A DNA stretch of 64,000 nt from Candidatus Muiribacterium halophilum (GCA_002869225.1 PKTG01000064.1:5097-69096), one strand, 5' to 3'. Counted from the first letter of the stretch, positions 32,791 to 43,622 are shown. Numbers and translations: made by a program. The notes: generated from the letters alone by a model not told the origin.

Positions 32791-35745
32791 TTATTCACTT
32801 CCGTATTTACCAGCAAGATCTACTGTACTTTTTCTAAGACTTTTTAGTGCTTCCCTTGATACTTCTACAACATCCTCTACACCAAGAGTCATTACCTGCG
32901 TGAAGTCTTCATTTGACATAGTGTCTTTTAATATTGAAAGGATCATATCATTTACATAATCCACATCGTTCTCACCCATCACTTTTGCAACATCATAACG
33001 GATCCATGCATAGGATTCTTTTATAGCTGGAAGCAGATAATCACTCTCCATTATAGTTCTATCTATCTGTATAAGGGATTCTATTATCTGTTTCTGAACA
33101 TATTCACTACATTCAGATGAAAATCTTATAAGAGGGTTTACCGCTCTAACATTTCCGATTAGACCAAGAATTCTTACCATCTTTTTAAGTACATCCTCTT
33201 CTTTTGTCTCAAGAAGAGCTTCTAATATATCAGATACCGCAAATTTACCGATGTTGACTATCGCATCTATAGCATTTTCAGCAACATCTTCGGAATCATC
33301 AAATAACATACTTATTAGTTTATCTATAGATCTTGGATTAGCTATCTTACCAAGGGATATTGCCACTTCACTTCTTACCTGTCCATTAGGATCACTGACA
33401 AGTTCAAGAAGAGCCTCAACACATATCTCACTTCCTATCTCTCCGAGTGCTTCAACAATTTTTTTCCTGATCTTCTCATTCTTATCATCTATCATTGAAA
33501 TAAGTGGCTCGGCTGTCTCTTCAGCCTTTAGCATACCAAGAGCTTCTATTGCAACGATTCTAAGAGAATCATCTGTGTTTTCTCTTGCTACTGATATAAG
33601 TGGTTTTATTGCAACTAAAGAGCCTGTCTGACCAAGCGCCCATGCCACATTTTTTCTTACTTCTACATTTGGGTCCTTAAGAGAATCTATCAGAGGATCT
33701 ACAGAAATATTCTGTTTTAATTTTCCAATAGCTGAGGCAACTTTTATTCTAATATTCTCATTAAGGTCTTTAAGCAGAGCAACAAGTGGCGATACAGCAA
33801 CAGCTTCTCCTATCTCACCAAGAGCCCAGACTGCGTTTTCTCTTACAAATTCGTTAGAATCTGATAACAGACCTATAAGCTGTTCGACAGAATCCGTGTT
33901 TTTAATTCTTCCAAGTGCTTTAGCCGCCATCTTTCTTACATCATCAGAGGTATCACTGAGAGCTTTAAGCAAAGCTTTTCCGGAACTTTCAGATGCGATA
34001 TTACATAAAGCTTTTGTAGATACATATCTTATATCTTCATTTCCATCAGCAAGTAGTTCTTCAAGAGGCTTTGCAGCTTTTTCACTACCTATCTTACCCA
34101 AAGATTCTGCGGCTATATATATAAGGTCCTCATTTCTATTTTCAAGTGCCTGAATTAATATATCCACAGCTTTTTCATCTCCAAGCTGTCCTAGAGATTT
34201 TATTGTAAGATAACAAATATCCTCATCTGATTCAGTGGAAAGAACATCCACTAAAGGTTGTACTGCTTCTATATTCTTTATCTTTCCCAGACTATCTACG
34301 ATTACCTCTTTAAGGTCTTTTGAAGCATCATCAAGAAGATTGACCATAGCTGATACAGATTCTTTGGCTTCCATCTGACCTAATCTTTCAACAGCTGAAA
34401 ATCTTTCATCATCAGAAGACGGCATCTGTAGTTTACTGATAAGATCTCTTATTAGTTTTTCTCTATCCACCTCTTCCTGATCCATTTCCTGTTGCAATAA
34501 ATCATCCTGTTTACTTTCAACAGGTCTCTCATTTGAGGATTCTTTTGTCATCCTCGCTTTTACCCTTTGTATCATTGGAAGATCCTTCTCATTAACATTA
34601 TCTTCATTATATTCTTCAACTTCCATTTGAGAAGAAACACTTTCCATCTCCAGTGTATTTGAACCATTTTCCTTAACTTCTTCAAAATGTTCCTGATAAA
34701 ACTGTTCTTCATTTGATAGAGTACTATTATCTTCCGTTGTTATCTCTTCAACAACTGGTTCTTTAGTATCATTTTGATTATCATATGCCATATCCCAAAT
34801 ATCATTTTGAGTATTAATATCTGAGATCATTTCGTTTTCTTCTTTTTTATTATTCAGATTTAAATCAAACTCAGTATCGATCTTTGGAGGTAACAGATCT
34901 TCATATTCGTCATCATATTCTTTTTCTTCTAATTCATTTTTTTCATTCTTGGTAGCTTCATCACCCATACCAATATCAAAAGAAATATCGTCATCTTCAA
35001 TATCTTCTGTATTTATTTCAAAAGAAAGATCGTTAAGATCATCATCATCATCAATAGAGATCGAAAATTCGTCTTCAGGTTCAACTACCTCTTCTTTCAT
35101 TGGTGGAAGGATATCTGAATAATCTTCTTCTTCATCAAAAGATACTTCCGTTTCAAGATTAAAAGAATCATCATCATCTGAGGTTAGTTTTGAATCTATA
35201 TCACCGAAAAAATCTTCCTCTTTACTATTTGAGGAATCTTCTACCATAAGTTCTTCCTCTATCTTACCGGAGAGTTCTTCTGCAAGATCGGAAAAATCAT
35301 CTAATGGATCCTCTTCATTTAATTTTTCCTGAACTTCTTTTTTTGCTGGGAGAGGAGTTTCTTCTTCAAAAAAAGAATCCAGATCATCTGTATCTCCTTT
35401 TAGAGTTGTATCTTTATCATCTTCTGTGGATTCCTCGAGTAGATCTTTAAAAATCTCATCATCTTCTGATACATCAGGTATTGATAGATTGGTTTCATCA
35501 GCAACATTAGCATCTTTTGGATCTGATATTTCATTAAAGAAATCATCATCAGAGAATAATGAATCTATATCCTCAGAAGAATTTGAGACATTATTATCCT
35601 GATTGTCTGACGAAACGATATTATCCAGATCTATATCGAAATCAAACTCAAGATCCTCATTTGAATTTACATCAAGCTGTGCTCCACATTCTACACAGTA
35701 TCTATCCTGCTCGTTATTTTCCTTCCCACATTTCTGACATTTCAT
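32791..35745 (-). CDS. Zn-ribbon, long acidic disordered region and HEAT-repeat protein
   Basis: N-terminal MKCQKCGKEN...YCVECG. About 400 aa are rich in D/E/S/N. The C-terminal half has the same HEAT repeat pattern as the neighbouring gene. Confidence 0.7.
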   Translation of the reverse strand: MKCQKCGKENNEQDRYCVECGAQLDVNSNEDLEFDFDIDLDNIVSSDNQDNNVSNSSEDIDSLFSDDDFFNEISDPKDANVADETNLSIPDVSEDDEIFKDLLEESTEDDKDTTLKGDTDDLDSFFEEETPLPAKKEVQEKLNEEDPLDDFSDLAEELSGKIEEELMVEDSSNSKEEDFFGDIDSKLTSDDDDSFNLETEVSFDEEEDYSDILPPMKEEVVEPEDEFSISIDDDDDLNDLSFEINTEDIEDDDISFDIGMGDEATKNEKNELEEKEYDDEYEDLLPPKIDTEFDLNLNNKKEENEMISDINTQNDIWDMAYDNQNDTKEPVVEEITTEDNSTLSNEEQFYQEHFEEVKENGSNTLEMESVSSQMEVEEYNEDNVNEKDLPMIQRVKARMTKESSNERPVESKQDDLLQQEMDQEEVDREKLIRDLISKLQMPSSDDERFSAVERLGQMEAKESVSAMVNLLDDASKDLKEVIVDSLGKIKNIEAVQPLVDVLSTESDEDICYLTIKSLGQLGDEKAVDILIQALENRNEDLIYIAAESLGKIGSEKAAKPLEELLADGNEDIRYVSTKALCNIASESSGKALLKALSDTSDDVRKMAAKALGRIKNTDSVEQLIGLLSDSNEFVRENAVWALGEIGEAVAVSPLVALLKDLNENIRIKVASAIGKLKQNISVDPLIDSLKDPNVEVRKNVAWALGQTGSLVAIKPLISVARENTDDSLRIVAIEALGMLKAEETAEPLISMIDDKNEKIRKKIVEALGEIGSEICVEALLELVSDPNGQVRSEVAISLGKIANPRSIDKLISMLFDDSEDVAENAIDAIVNIGKFAVSDILEALLETKEEDVLKKMVRILGLIGNVRAVNPLIRFSSECSEYVQKQIIESLIQIDRTIMESDYLLPAIKESYAWIRYDVAKVMGENDVDYVNDMILSILKDTMSNEDFTQVMTLGVEDVVEVSREALKSLRKSTVDLAGKYGSE

Positions 35746-37483
35746 TTAAGAACTCCTCTCTCCCCATGAACTCTTTAAATTTTTCAGATAAGAAATCTTT
35801 AATTTCCTCATATTTAAAATAAGATAGCACTTTTTCTGCTACCTCTTTACACTCATCGACAGAAACAGACCTTATCAGTAATTTTATTTTAGGTACTGAC
35901 GATGAAGTCATTGAAAGTTCAGTGATTCCGAGACCGATTAGTACCGGTAGACTACGAGGGTCTGCAGCTAATTCTCCACAAACCTGTACTGGAAGAGAAT
36001 ATCTTTTAGCTTTTTCCACAATCTCTTTAAGAACCATATATAGAGCCCTGTTATACCAGGAAAAAAGATTAGCTATTCGCGAGTTCATCCTATCAACAGC
36101 TAAAAGGAATTGCAGCAGATCATTTGTACCGATACTAAAAAACTGTACTTTTTCAGCAAAATAATCCATATATAAGACAGCTGATGGAACCTCTAACAGG
36201 ACTCCATGTTCTACATTGTCTGAAAATTCTACCTTAGATTCAATCAACTCAGCTCTTGCTTCGTCAAATAGTTCAAGAATCTTATCCATTTGTATTGGTG
36301 TGCTTACCATAGGGTAAAGTATCTTTATCTTGGTATGTTTGGCCGCTCTAAGTATTGCTTTCATCTGAGTCTTTAATATCTCAGGCCTGTCAAGACAGAT
36401 CCTTATGCCTCGCCAACCAAGAAACGGATTGTTTTCAGATCTTATATCATTGATACCCTTTACATTCTTATCTCCACCAGCATCAAGTGTCCTTATGACA
36501 ATAGATTCCCCGTCAAAAGTCTGAGCCATCTTTTTATAATATTCATACTGCTCATCTTCATCAGGTATGTTATCTCTATCCATGAAAAGAAATTCTGTTC
36601 TGAAAAGACCAATGTTCTTTATTCCGTATTCCTTCATCTTATTTATCTCTGTGGAAAGCTGAATGTTGGCACCTATTGAGATTTCAACTCCATCTCTGGT
36701 AATAGATTTCATCGTCCTTGTTGATTTTTTCTTTTTTCTGATCTTATCGTATTGTCTTTTTAAAAACAGATATCTTCTCAATTCTTTATCTGTAAGATTA
36801 AAAAGGACTTCTGACTTCTCCGAATCTATGACAACTATATCTCCATCTGAAAGATAATCTATTATCCTTTTAATACCTGTCATTGCCGGTATTTCAAGTG
36901 AACGTGAAAAAATAGCTACATGGCTTGTTATACCACCTTTTTCAGTGACTATTCCTGCAACCCCTTCTTCTGCAAGATGAAGAAGCTGAGTTGGTGTAAG
37001 TTCTTCAGCTACAATAATAAAACCTGAAACATTTTTAAGTTCATCTAATCCTATATTATTAAGGTTTGATATCAATCTATATCCTACATCCTTAATATCT
37101 ATTGCTCTGTCTTTCAATAGTTCATTTTCTGATTTTTCAAATTTTGCTACAATATCTTCTACTACTTCTTTTATTATCCAATCAGCGTTTTTCTTCTGCT
37201 CTTTGATCCTTGAATATATCTCAGAATATAGCATAGGATCTTCTATTATCTGTGCGTGTGCTTTAAACACCTGAATATCAATCCCTTCAACGCCTTTTCC
37301 ATTTTCGAATTTATCAATGGTCTCAAATATATCATTTTTCACTTCAAGAGTCGCTTTTTTAAATCTTTCCAGTTCATGCTCGACATTATCTATCGCGTAC
37401 ATCTCAAGAGAAAATGTATCTCTTATAACACGACATTTTCCAACAGCAACCCCTTCTGATACTTTGATTCCTTTAAATATCAA
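35714..37483 (-). CDS. ptsI: phosphoenolpyruvate--protein phosphotransferase (PTS enzyme I)
   Basis: GGITSHVAIFSRSLEIPAM (active-site His region), the FRTEFLF motif and the SIGTNDLLQF PEP-utiliser signature. TTG start with GGAGAGGAG upstream. Confidence 0.9.
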   Translation of the reverse strand: MIFKGIKVSEGVAVGKCRVIRDTFSLEMYAIDNVEHELERFKKATLEVKNDIFETIDKFENGKGVEGIDIQVFKAHAQIIEDPMLYSEIYSRIKEQKKNADWIIKEVVEDIVAKFEKSENELLKDRAIDIKDVGYRLISNLNNIGLDELKNVSGFIIVAEELTPTQLLHLAEEGVAGIVTEKGGITSHVAIFSRSLEIPAMTGIKRIIDYLSDGDIVVIDSEKSEVLFNLTDKELRRYLFLKRQYDKIRKKKKSTRTMKSITRDGVEISIGANIQLSTEINKMKEYGIKNIGLFRTEFLFMDRDNIPDEDEQYEYYKKMAQTFDGESIVIRTLDAGGDKNVKGINDIRSENNPFLGWRGIRICLDRPEILKTQMKAILRAAKHTKIKILYPMVSTPIQMDKILELFDEARAELIESKVEFSDNVEHGVLLEVPSAVLYMDYFAEKVQFFSIGTNDLLQFLLAVDRMNSRIANLFSWYNRALYMVLKEIVEKAKRYSLPVQVCGELAADPRSLPVLIGLGITELSMTSSSVPKIKLLIRSVSVDECKEVAEKVLSYFKYEEIKDFLSEKFKEFMGREEFLNEMSEMWEGK

Positions 37484-37486
37484 TTT

Positions 37487-37756
37487 TTACTCCTCTCCAA
37501 AACCTTTTTCAAACATCTCATTAAGTCTATTAAGGACTCCTTCATCATCAGAAGTACCATTTACCGAGATCTTAACAGCAGTACCTTTCTCAGCCGCTAA
37601 CATCATTATACTAAGAATACTCTTGGCATCAGCATGCATTCCATTAGCTTCCAATTTAATATCTCCATCATATTTAGAGCATAACTCAACTATCATTGAA
37701 GCAGGTCTGGCATGTATTCCTAATTTGTTTATGATCTTAACTTTACTCTCAGGCAT
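37487..37756 (-). CDS. ptsH: phosphocarrier protein HPr
   Basis: 89 aa; LGIHARPAS (His-15 region) and DAKSILSIMML (Ser-46 region). Confidence 0.9.
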   Translation of the reverse strand: MPESKVKIINKLGIHARPASMIVELCSKYDGDIKLEANGMHADAKSILSIMMLAAEKGTAVKISVNGTSDDEGVLNRLNEMFEKGFGEE

Positions 37757-37759
37757 ATC

Positions 37760-39880
37760 TTATTTTCCACCAATATATATATTAACTGAATATTTAGTCT
37801 CTTCAGCTTTTTTTAGGTTTATCTTTTCTCCAAGAGCTACTACACTAGACTGATATATCTTTTCAAATCCACCTTCTGATAAGGATACAGTCTCTATAGG
37901 AAAAGTCCATATTTCTTTATCTTTATCCGATGTTATATCAAAAGATACTTTTTTCCATTCATCTGTGATTGTTAGATTTTTTCCTGTTATCTCGTTTTTT
38001 CCATCAAGATAAGCATATTCAAGTTTTTCTCCATTAACAGAATAATATTTGTCATCACTGTGTCCGCCAAGCATGGAGAAGTTCATTTCCATTATATTCC
38101 AGATATCTATATCAACATCTGAAATATTCCTGATAGTATAATCTACTTTTATGGTATTCTCTTCTAATATTATCTTTTTTGAAACATAGACTGGCTGAAA
38201 TACACCGTTTACCCATATATTTCCTGTTCTGGAGAGCAACAGAGAACTCGTACCATCGCTTTCTAACATTATCTCACTATCGAACGGCTCAACTACAAAA
38301 TCGCCCTGTTCTCCATATGTTACTGTTGAAAAATTTTCAAGGTTTGTATCCGGATGTACAAAATGGTCTATAAGAAAACCTCTTCTATACCAATCATAAT
38401 TCAATATCTTATCAAGATCTTTTTCTTTGACGACTATCTTATCATCTCCCTGTGTTGGATCATTCGTCACCTTACCTTCTTTTATCATTTGAAGAAGTCT
38501 ATTATGATATTTCTCGAATTTTCTGGAAAGTGTATTAACAAAGTTAAAAGAACTTCGAAGATGATCAGCTTCAAATACGCTTCCACCCATATGAGGTTTG
38601 AAAAACAACTTCACATTTTTTCCTGAAAAGATTATTTCGTCATCTCCATCAAGGTCAATATCTTTTTCAACGATCTCAACTTTTCTTTCATCATCCTTAT
38701 AGGCAATCTTTTCAGCTTTGATTATATTTTCGTAAATTGCGTCCCTTAGATGTGGTAGATAAAGACCACCAAAAACACCATGCCAATATGGACAATTACA
38801 TTGAGATGCATAGAGATGTTCAATCGCTTTTTCCTTTTCTGCTCCCTCTTTCATCATATGGACCTTTTCATGTGCAATTAGCATTCTCTTATGCATTGAA
38901 TTACTTTCATTATATTTAAATAGAAAGTTTCTAAAATAACCACCTCTTATATATGACCCGAATCTTTCGAGATTACCTGTATCTTTGAGAAATTTTCTGA
39001 ATTCTTCAACATCTAATTGCATGTCCGGAGGCAATGCCCATTCAAGCATCTCACTATAACTTGCATTGTTCAGATAAACCAGTCCCGTTGCTTTTCTTGA
39101 ATCTATCATCTCTGAAAAAGTCATCATATTTATTGATTCTTTATTATTTATGATCTCTGCGAAGAATCTCTCAAGCCATTTTTCCTCATACACACTATGA
39201 AAAGTTCCAGGCCAATCGCCAAACTTTTCTCCATCATCTGCCATTGTAATCACTTTCTTTTGGGATTGATCGGAACGACTAAAAAGATATTCCATAGCAT
39301 TATCAACAGAATCAAAAGGTATTACATATCTTGAACCCTTATCAATTGGAATGAGTTTAATAGTCTTTGAACTATCCTCTGTTATAAAATAACCGTTATC
39401 CAGAACATCTCTTGATATACCACTTGCTATAAAATGAGAATCATCCAGAACAACATATTCGACACAAGCTTCATTAAGACTTCTTACCAGATTTTGTTCC
39501 CAGACTCTTTCAGCAAGCCACATACCTCTTGGAGTATAATCAAAGTGTTTTTTTATATATTTTGTAAGCTTTAATATCTGACCCACTTTATCCTTATCAG
39601 GAATAAGTGGTAAGATAGGTTCATAAAAACCACCAGTCAAAAGTTCGATCTGACCTCTTTTAATTAATGTATTGATATTCTCAAAACATTCAGGTTGATT
39701 TTTTTCGATCCACTCAAGTAATATTCCTGTAAAATGAATATTGACTTTAATATCAGGGAACTTTAAAAGCACATCAAGAAAAGGTCTATATGCATGTTCA
39801 TAGGAATGTTTAAAAACAAAATCAAAATTACCGATAGGTTGATGATTATGAATACCAAAAATAAAGTTAACCTTTTTCAT
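37760..39880 (-). CDS. glycoside hydrolase family 57 protein (alpha-amylase / 4-alpha-glucanotransferase type)
   Basis: N-terminal FIFGIHNHQPIGNF, WLAERVWE and DDGEKFG motifs typical of GH57. About 700 aa, with the usual C-terminal beta domains. Confidence 0.8.
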   Translation of the reverse strand: MKKVNFIFGIHNHQPIGNFDFVFKHSYEHAYRPFLDVLLKFPDIKVNIHFTGILLEWIEKNQPECFENINTLIKRGQIELLTGGFYEPILPLIPDKDKVGQILKLTKYIKKHFDYTPRGMWLAERVWEQNLVRSLNEACVEYVVLDDSHFIASGISRDVLDNGYFITEDSSKTIKLIPIDKGSRYVIPFDSVDNAMEYLFSRSDQSQKKVITMADDGEKFGDWPGTFHSVYEEKWLERFFAEIINNKESINMMTFSEMIDSRKATGLVYLNNASYSEMLEWALPPDMQLDVEEFRKFLKDTGNLERFGSYIRGGYFRNFLFKYNESNSMHKRMLIAHEKVHMMKEGAEKEKAIEHLYASQCNCPYWHGVFGGLYLPHLRDAIYENIIKAEKIAYKDDERKVEIVEKDIDLDGDDEIIFSGKNVKLFFKPHMGGSVFEADHLRSSFNFVNTLSRKFEKYHNRLLQMIKEGKVTNDPTQGDDKIVVKEKDLDKILNYDWYRRGFLIDHFVHPDTNLENFSTVTYGEQGDFVVEPFDSEIMLESDGTSSLLLSRTGNIWVNGVFQPVYVSKKIILEENTIKVDYTIRNISDVDIDIWNIMEMNFSMLGGHSDDKYYSVNGEKLEYAYLDGKNEITGKNLTITDEWKKVSFDITSDKDKEIWTFPIETVSLSEGGFEKIYQSSVVALGEKINLKKAEETKYSVNIYIGGK

Positions 39881-39918
39881 ATAACAGCCCCCCGATGCAA
39901 AATATTTAAGGAATTATA

Positions 39919-41142
39919 CTATTTTAAAAAAAAACATTCAAGTTGTCTAAATAATAAATATAATCTTATCTTATGTCTTTTTGAAAGATTCATTATTATT
40001 TCTTTATCTATATTAAGAATATGCTGTATCCTGGTCATCTTCTTAAATAGGTCTTTACGGATCGGATCACTATAAAGCAAATTCGCGTCAGCATCAAAAT
40101 CTTTTGATCTTTTATAGACTATCTCATCTGGAATCATTCCTTTAAAAGCTCTTCTAAGAATATATTTCTCAACATTATTGTTTTCTACCATATCATCGGT
40201 AAGTGATAGTGATATATCTCTAAAAAACGGTGTATTAAAAAAAGAAAACCTTTCCTGCTCTGTTATTTTTCTTGAGTTATCAGCTAAAGCACATTGATTA
40301 GGTATATGAATTGCTTCTATAACAAATTCTATCCTCCCCTTTAAAGAAGAGAAATCAAAATCCTTCATACTTTTATCATATACTTCTTTTATAATATCCT
40401 CTTTAAATATATTAAATAATAGTTCTCTTGGAAAGACAGAATATTCGTTAAGATATTCTTCTAATGTCGGAGTGCGATCAAAATTCTTACATATTGAATA
40501 ATCACCAAGATATTCGTCTGCTCCCATTCCGGTCAAAAGCAGAGAAATATTTTCAGACCTGGCTTTTTTAGAATGAATTACATCATCTACCATACCTTCA
40601 TTAATAAAAGGATGAACAAACTCCAAATCTTTAAGGACTTCAAAATAAAGTTTTTTATCAGGTTTTAGACAAAAAAGCGGGATATTTTGAAAATATTTCA
40701 TAGCGTTTTCAATATCCGTCTTGTAATCCGCTCTGTATAAAGAACAACCAGCTTTCTTTATTTTGTCTCTCATAAGAGACATTACAATAGTAGAATCAAG
40801 TCCACCTGAAAACATTATATAACAATCTTTTTCAATCTTTTTTGAACATTCTAAAAATGAATCCCTTATTTTTTTTACAGCTTCATCGACATCTGAAATA
40901 AGGGAATGAGTTTTTTTCTTTTCCAGTCTGAAAGGTATAATATCTTTAAAGATGGAATAGTGATAGAAATTACCCCCAAATATCATCAACTGACATAATC
41001 CTTTTTCATATAAAAGAACTTCCCGCTTTGATAAGACATCCGAAAGATCATGGTAGATCATCGGACCTTTTTCAGAGCGGGAATAATATAAAGGTCTATC
41101 TAAAAAACTTCTTGTTTTCAATTTAATCCGAACTTCCACCAA
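39919..41142 (-). CDS. asparagine-synthase-like ATP pyrophosphatase domain protein lacking the glutaminase domain (start uncertain)
   Basis: PP-loop IMFSGGLDSTIV and later LLTGMGADE. No N-terminal Cys/Ntn domain. The track start is a TTG overlapping the upstream gene. Confidence 0.55.
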   Translation of the reverse strand: MVEVRIKLKTRSFLDRPLYYSRSEKGPMIYHDLSDVLSKREVLLYEKGLCQLMIFGGNFYHYSIFKDIIPFRLEKKKTHSLISDVDEAVKKIRDSFLECSKKIEKDCYIMFSGGLDSTIVMSLMRDKIKKAGCSLYRADYKTDIENAMKYFQNIPLFCLKPDKKLYFEVLKDLEFVHPFINEGMVDDVIHSKKARSENISLLLTGMGADEYLGDYSICKNFDRTPTLEEYLNEYSVFPRELLFNIFKEDIIKEVYDKSMKDFDFSSLKGRIEFVIEAIHIPNQCALADNSRKITEQERFSFFNTPFFRDISLSLTDDMVENNNVEKYILRRAFKGMIPDEIVYKRSKDFDADANLLYSDPIRKDLFKKMTRIQHILNIDKEIIMNLSKRHKIRLYLLFRQLECFFLK

Positions 41143-41887
41143 AGAAGCTGTTTACAACGTTTCCTACAATATCAAGTTCGCTTCCCTGTTTACCACCTTT
41201 AGTATGTCTCATAACACCGATTTGTCTTCTGAGTTTGGATAGTGTCATACTCTGAAGTATGACTTTCCCAGGTCCTTCAAGCGTTGTAAGAAACAATCCT
41301 TCCCCACCAAATAGAGCTGTCATGATTCCTTCAGCAAGTTGCACATCATATTTTACAGTTGATTCAAACCCAACTACAGAACCTGTATCCACCTGTAGTT
41401 TTTCTCCGGGTTGAAGTTGTTTCACAAAAAAATCTCCGCCAGCATGAATAAAGACCTTTCCTTTACCAGAAAATTTTTCAAGAATAAATCCTTCTCCACC
41501 AAAAAGACCGGCACCTATCTTTTTCTGAAACTCTATATTAAAATCCACTGTATTTTCTGCACAAATAAATGCATCTTTCTGAGCTAAAAACGGGACTTCC
41601 GATACATCTACCGCTTCTATTCTTCCAGGAAATTCACCTGCAAAGGATACAACACCGCTTGAACCTGACCCCACAGTAAAATGAGTTGTAAAAAGTGATT
41701 CTCCAGCGACTTTTCGTTTAATAGCTCCCATTATCTTACCGCCGATACCTTCACCTGCAGCTTTGGTCTCCATCTTTACATTAGGCATCTTAAAAAACAT
41801 CTTTCCAGCTTCAGCATATAGTTCTTCACCTTGATCGATCTTGATTATTACAAATTGAAGATTATCACCCTTGATCTGAAATTCCAT
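41123..41887 (-). CDS. AIM24 / TIGR00266 (DUF124) family protein
   Basis: Family pattern GEELYAEAGKMFFK...GESLFTTHFT...GGEGFILEKFSGKGKVFI...GEGLFLTTLEGPGKVILQS. Confidence 0.8.
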   Translation of the reverse strand: MEFQIKGDNLQFVIIKIDQGEELYAEAGKMFFKMPNVKMETKAAGEGIGGKIMGAIKRKVAGESLFTTHFTVGSGSSGVVSFAGEFPGRIEAVDVSEVPFLAQKDAFICAENTVDFNIEFQKKIGAGLFGGEGFILEKFSGKGKVFIHAGGDFFVKQLQPGEKLQVDTGSVVGFESTVKYDVQLAEGIMTALFGGEGLFLTTLEGPGKVILQSMTLSKLRRQIGVMRHTKGGKQGSELDIVGNVVNSFFGGSSD

Positions 41888-41888
41888 T

Positions 41889-43040
41889 TTATCTGACCTC
41901 CCTTTTTATTGTCTCCTTATAAATTATCTTACCTTTCTTTATATCTACCTCATATATCCTATAAAATATAAGACTATCACTAACTTCTACAACCATGAGA
42001 TGATTTTCCGGACAAACAATATAATCTATCAGGTCGACTTTTTTATAAACAAAAACATCCTCACAGCCACTTATAACAGCAATTACATTATCTTTCCTAT
42101 AAAGGGAATGTAATCGATCTCTTTCATAAGAATATTTTGCCCAGGAATCTTTAAACCGAGGTAAAGAACCTTTAATATAATACGGTCTATAACCTATTAT
42201 AAACTTACCCGAATCAGAAGTATCAACTAATTCTTTTTCAAGCCAATTAGTCTGATCATTTGAAAAGAAAGAACCATGTCGTTCCTGATTTGAATCTGTT
42301 ATTATAAATTTTTTATCCTCATAGTCAAAAGAATAAAATGTATTATTATCTTTAAGTCTCATAAGATATCTAATACTTTCAGCAGTTTTATCCCCCAGAT
42401 ATTCTCTTTCTCCAAGGACTGGAACAAAAGGTTCTTTTAGGGAAGAGGTAACACTGAGAAAATCTATCCACTCCTCAATATCATCAGCTCTTTTGACATA
42501 ATCACCAACACCTAAAGTGAAACTGACTTTCTCATTATTAATATATTCGACTGCAGCCTTGATTAGCTTCCTGTCATTATTCATATCACCTAAAACAGCA
42601 AATTTAAAACTATCATATAATCTGTACATCTCTGTTGAAAGATTTCCATATTTTTTCGCTAACGCTCTTCTCTTTATCAATCTTTCATTTTTTAATTCTT
42701 TTGCTTTTATGATCTGTTCTTCGCTTCCTACTTTAAGTATATGGTTTGTATATCCATCTTCACTTATAGTTTCAAGATCATCTCTTAAAGTCCATTTACC
42801 GTCAACTATAAATTTATATTTATACTCTCCAACCGGTAATCTTAGATTTTTTTCAAAAATCCCTTTTTTGTTTTTAACTAACACTATCTTATCAGCGTCC
42901 CAATCATAAATATCTATTGCGACCTTGACAGCATTTGCATCAGGAGCATAATAGGAAATCTGTATATTCTTCATTTCCAATGAAAAAGAACATACAGCTA
43001 TTAAAAATAAAGATATAAATACAAATAAAAATCTTTTCAT
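41889..43040 (-). CDS. secreted protein with N-terminal CBM48/AMPK-beta-like glycogen-binding module and a metallophosphoesterase-like domain
   Basis: Signal peptide, then the VGEYKYKFIVDGKW motif, followed by a calcineurin-like fold pattern (FAVLGDMN...GVGDY). Confidence 0.5.
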   Translation of the reverse strand: MKRFLFVFISLFLIAVCSFSLEMKNIQISYYAPDANAVKVAIDIYDWDADKIVLVKNKKGIFEKNLRLPVGEYKYKFIVDGKWTLRDDLETISEDGYTNHILKVGSEEQIIKAKELKNERLIKRRALAKKYGNLSTEMYRLYDSFKFAVLGDMNNDRKLIKAAVEYINNEKVSFTLGVGDYVKRADDIEEWIDFLSVTSSLKEPFVPVLGEREYLGDKTAESIRYLMRLKDNNTFYSFDYEDKKFIITDSNQERHGSFFSNDQTNWLEKELVDTSDSGKFIIGYRPYYIKGSLPRFKDSWAKYSYERDRLHSLYRKDNVIAVISGCEDVFVYKKVDLIDYIVCPENHLMVVEVSDSLIFYRIYEVDIKKGKIIYKETIKREVR

Positions 43041-43549
43041 TAGATCTTTAAAATGGAATTAAACAGATTTCTTAATCTGCTATCATTTTCCCCATCTTTT
43101 TCCTTATTTTCTTTCTCTTCCTCTTTCTTCTCTTCCGCCCTTACTCCAAGGGTGCCAGAAAACTCAGAGTTAAAATATTTATCTGCTGCTTCTTCTCTTT
43201 CCTTTTCTGTATCAAACTGAGATCTTATTGCTTCAAGTTCCCCGCCATCTAAAAATACACCACCACAGGCTGGACATTCATCCACTTTGACCTGTCTCTT
43301 TATACTAAAATAATGTTTAAGCATCTTGATATCTTCACATCTGGGACAGTCTCTTTTATCATCGCTGACTTTTACACTAGGATCCTTTTTTATATTTATA
43401 AGTCCATCACAATTTTCATGGATCTCATCAAATTTCTTTAGTTCATAATTATCAAACCATATTCCCGCACATCCATTCTCACAAACATCAACTTTTACAC
43501 CGTTTACATCTTTTTCCGTAAGATCTCTATCACAAGCCGGACACTTCAT
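43040..43549 (-). CDS. TFIIB-type zinc-ribbon (zf-TFIIB, PF13453-like) protein, two ribbon modules
   Basis: MKCPACD...VDVCENGCAGIWFDNYEL and CPRCE...DECPACGGVFLDGGELE. Confidence 0.7.
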   Translation of the reverse strand: MKCPACDRDLTEKDVNGVKVDVCENGCAGIWFDNYELKKFDEIHENCDGLINIKKDPSVKVSDDKRDCPRCEDIKMLKHYFSIKRQVKVDECPACGGVFLDGGELEAIRSQFDTEKEREEAADKYFNSEFSGTLGVRAEEKKEEEKENKEKDGENDSRLRNLFNSILKI

Positions 43550-43622
43550 AACGCCTCCTAATATTTTAAATAATTGTTACATATAATATATATCAAAATT
43601 ACTATTATGACAATATATTAGT

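Noticed and set aside
37481-37762. GH57/HPr and HPr/EI junctions are also in frame with a 'stop, one codon, start' spacing, like motB, so they were considered as further stop-interrupted fusions.
   Set aside because: Each flanking ORF is a complete, independent, well-known protein. A strong SD (GGAGAGGAG) precedes the EI start. In-frame adjacency alone is expected by chance one time in three.
37317-37853. 178-aa plus-strand ORF. The same applies to other plus-strand ORFs of 60-143 aa inside minus-strand genes: 33251..33631, 42517..42909, 52572..52964, 52971..53402, 31679..31993 and 45085..45426.
   Set aside because: All lie antisense to genes with clear family signatures. Their S/F/L/I-rich composition is typical of shadow ORFs in AT-rich DNA.
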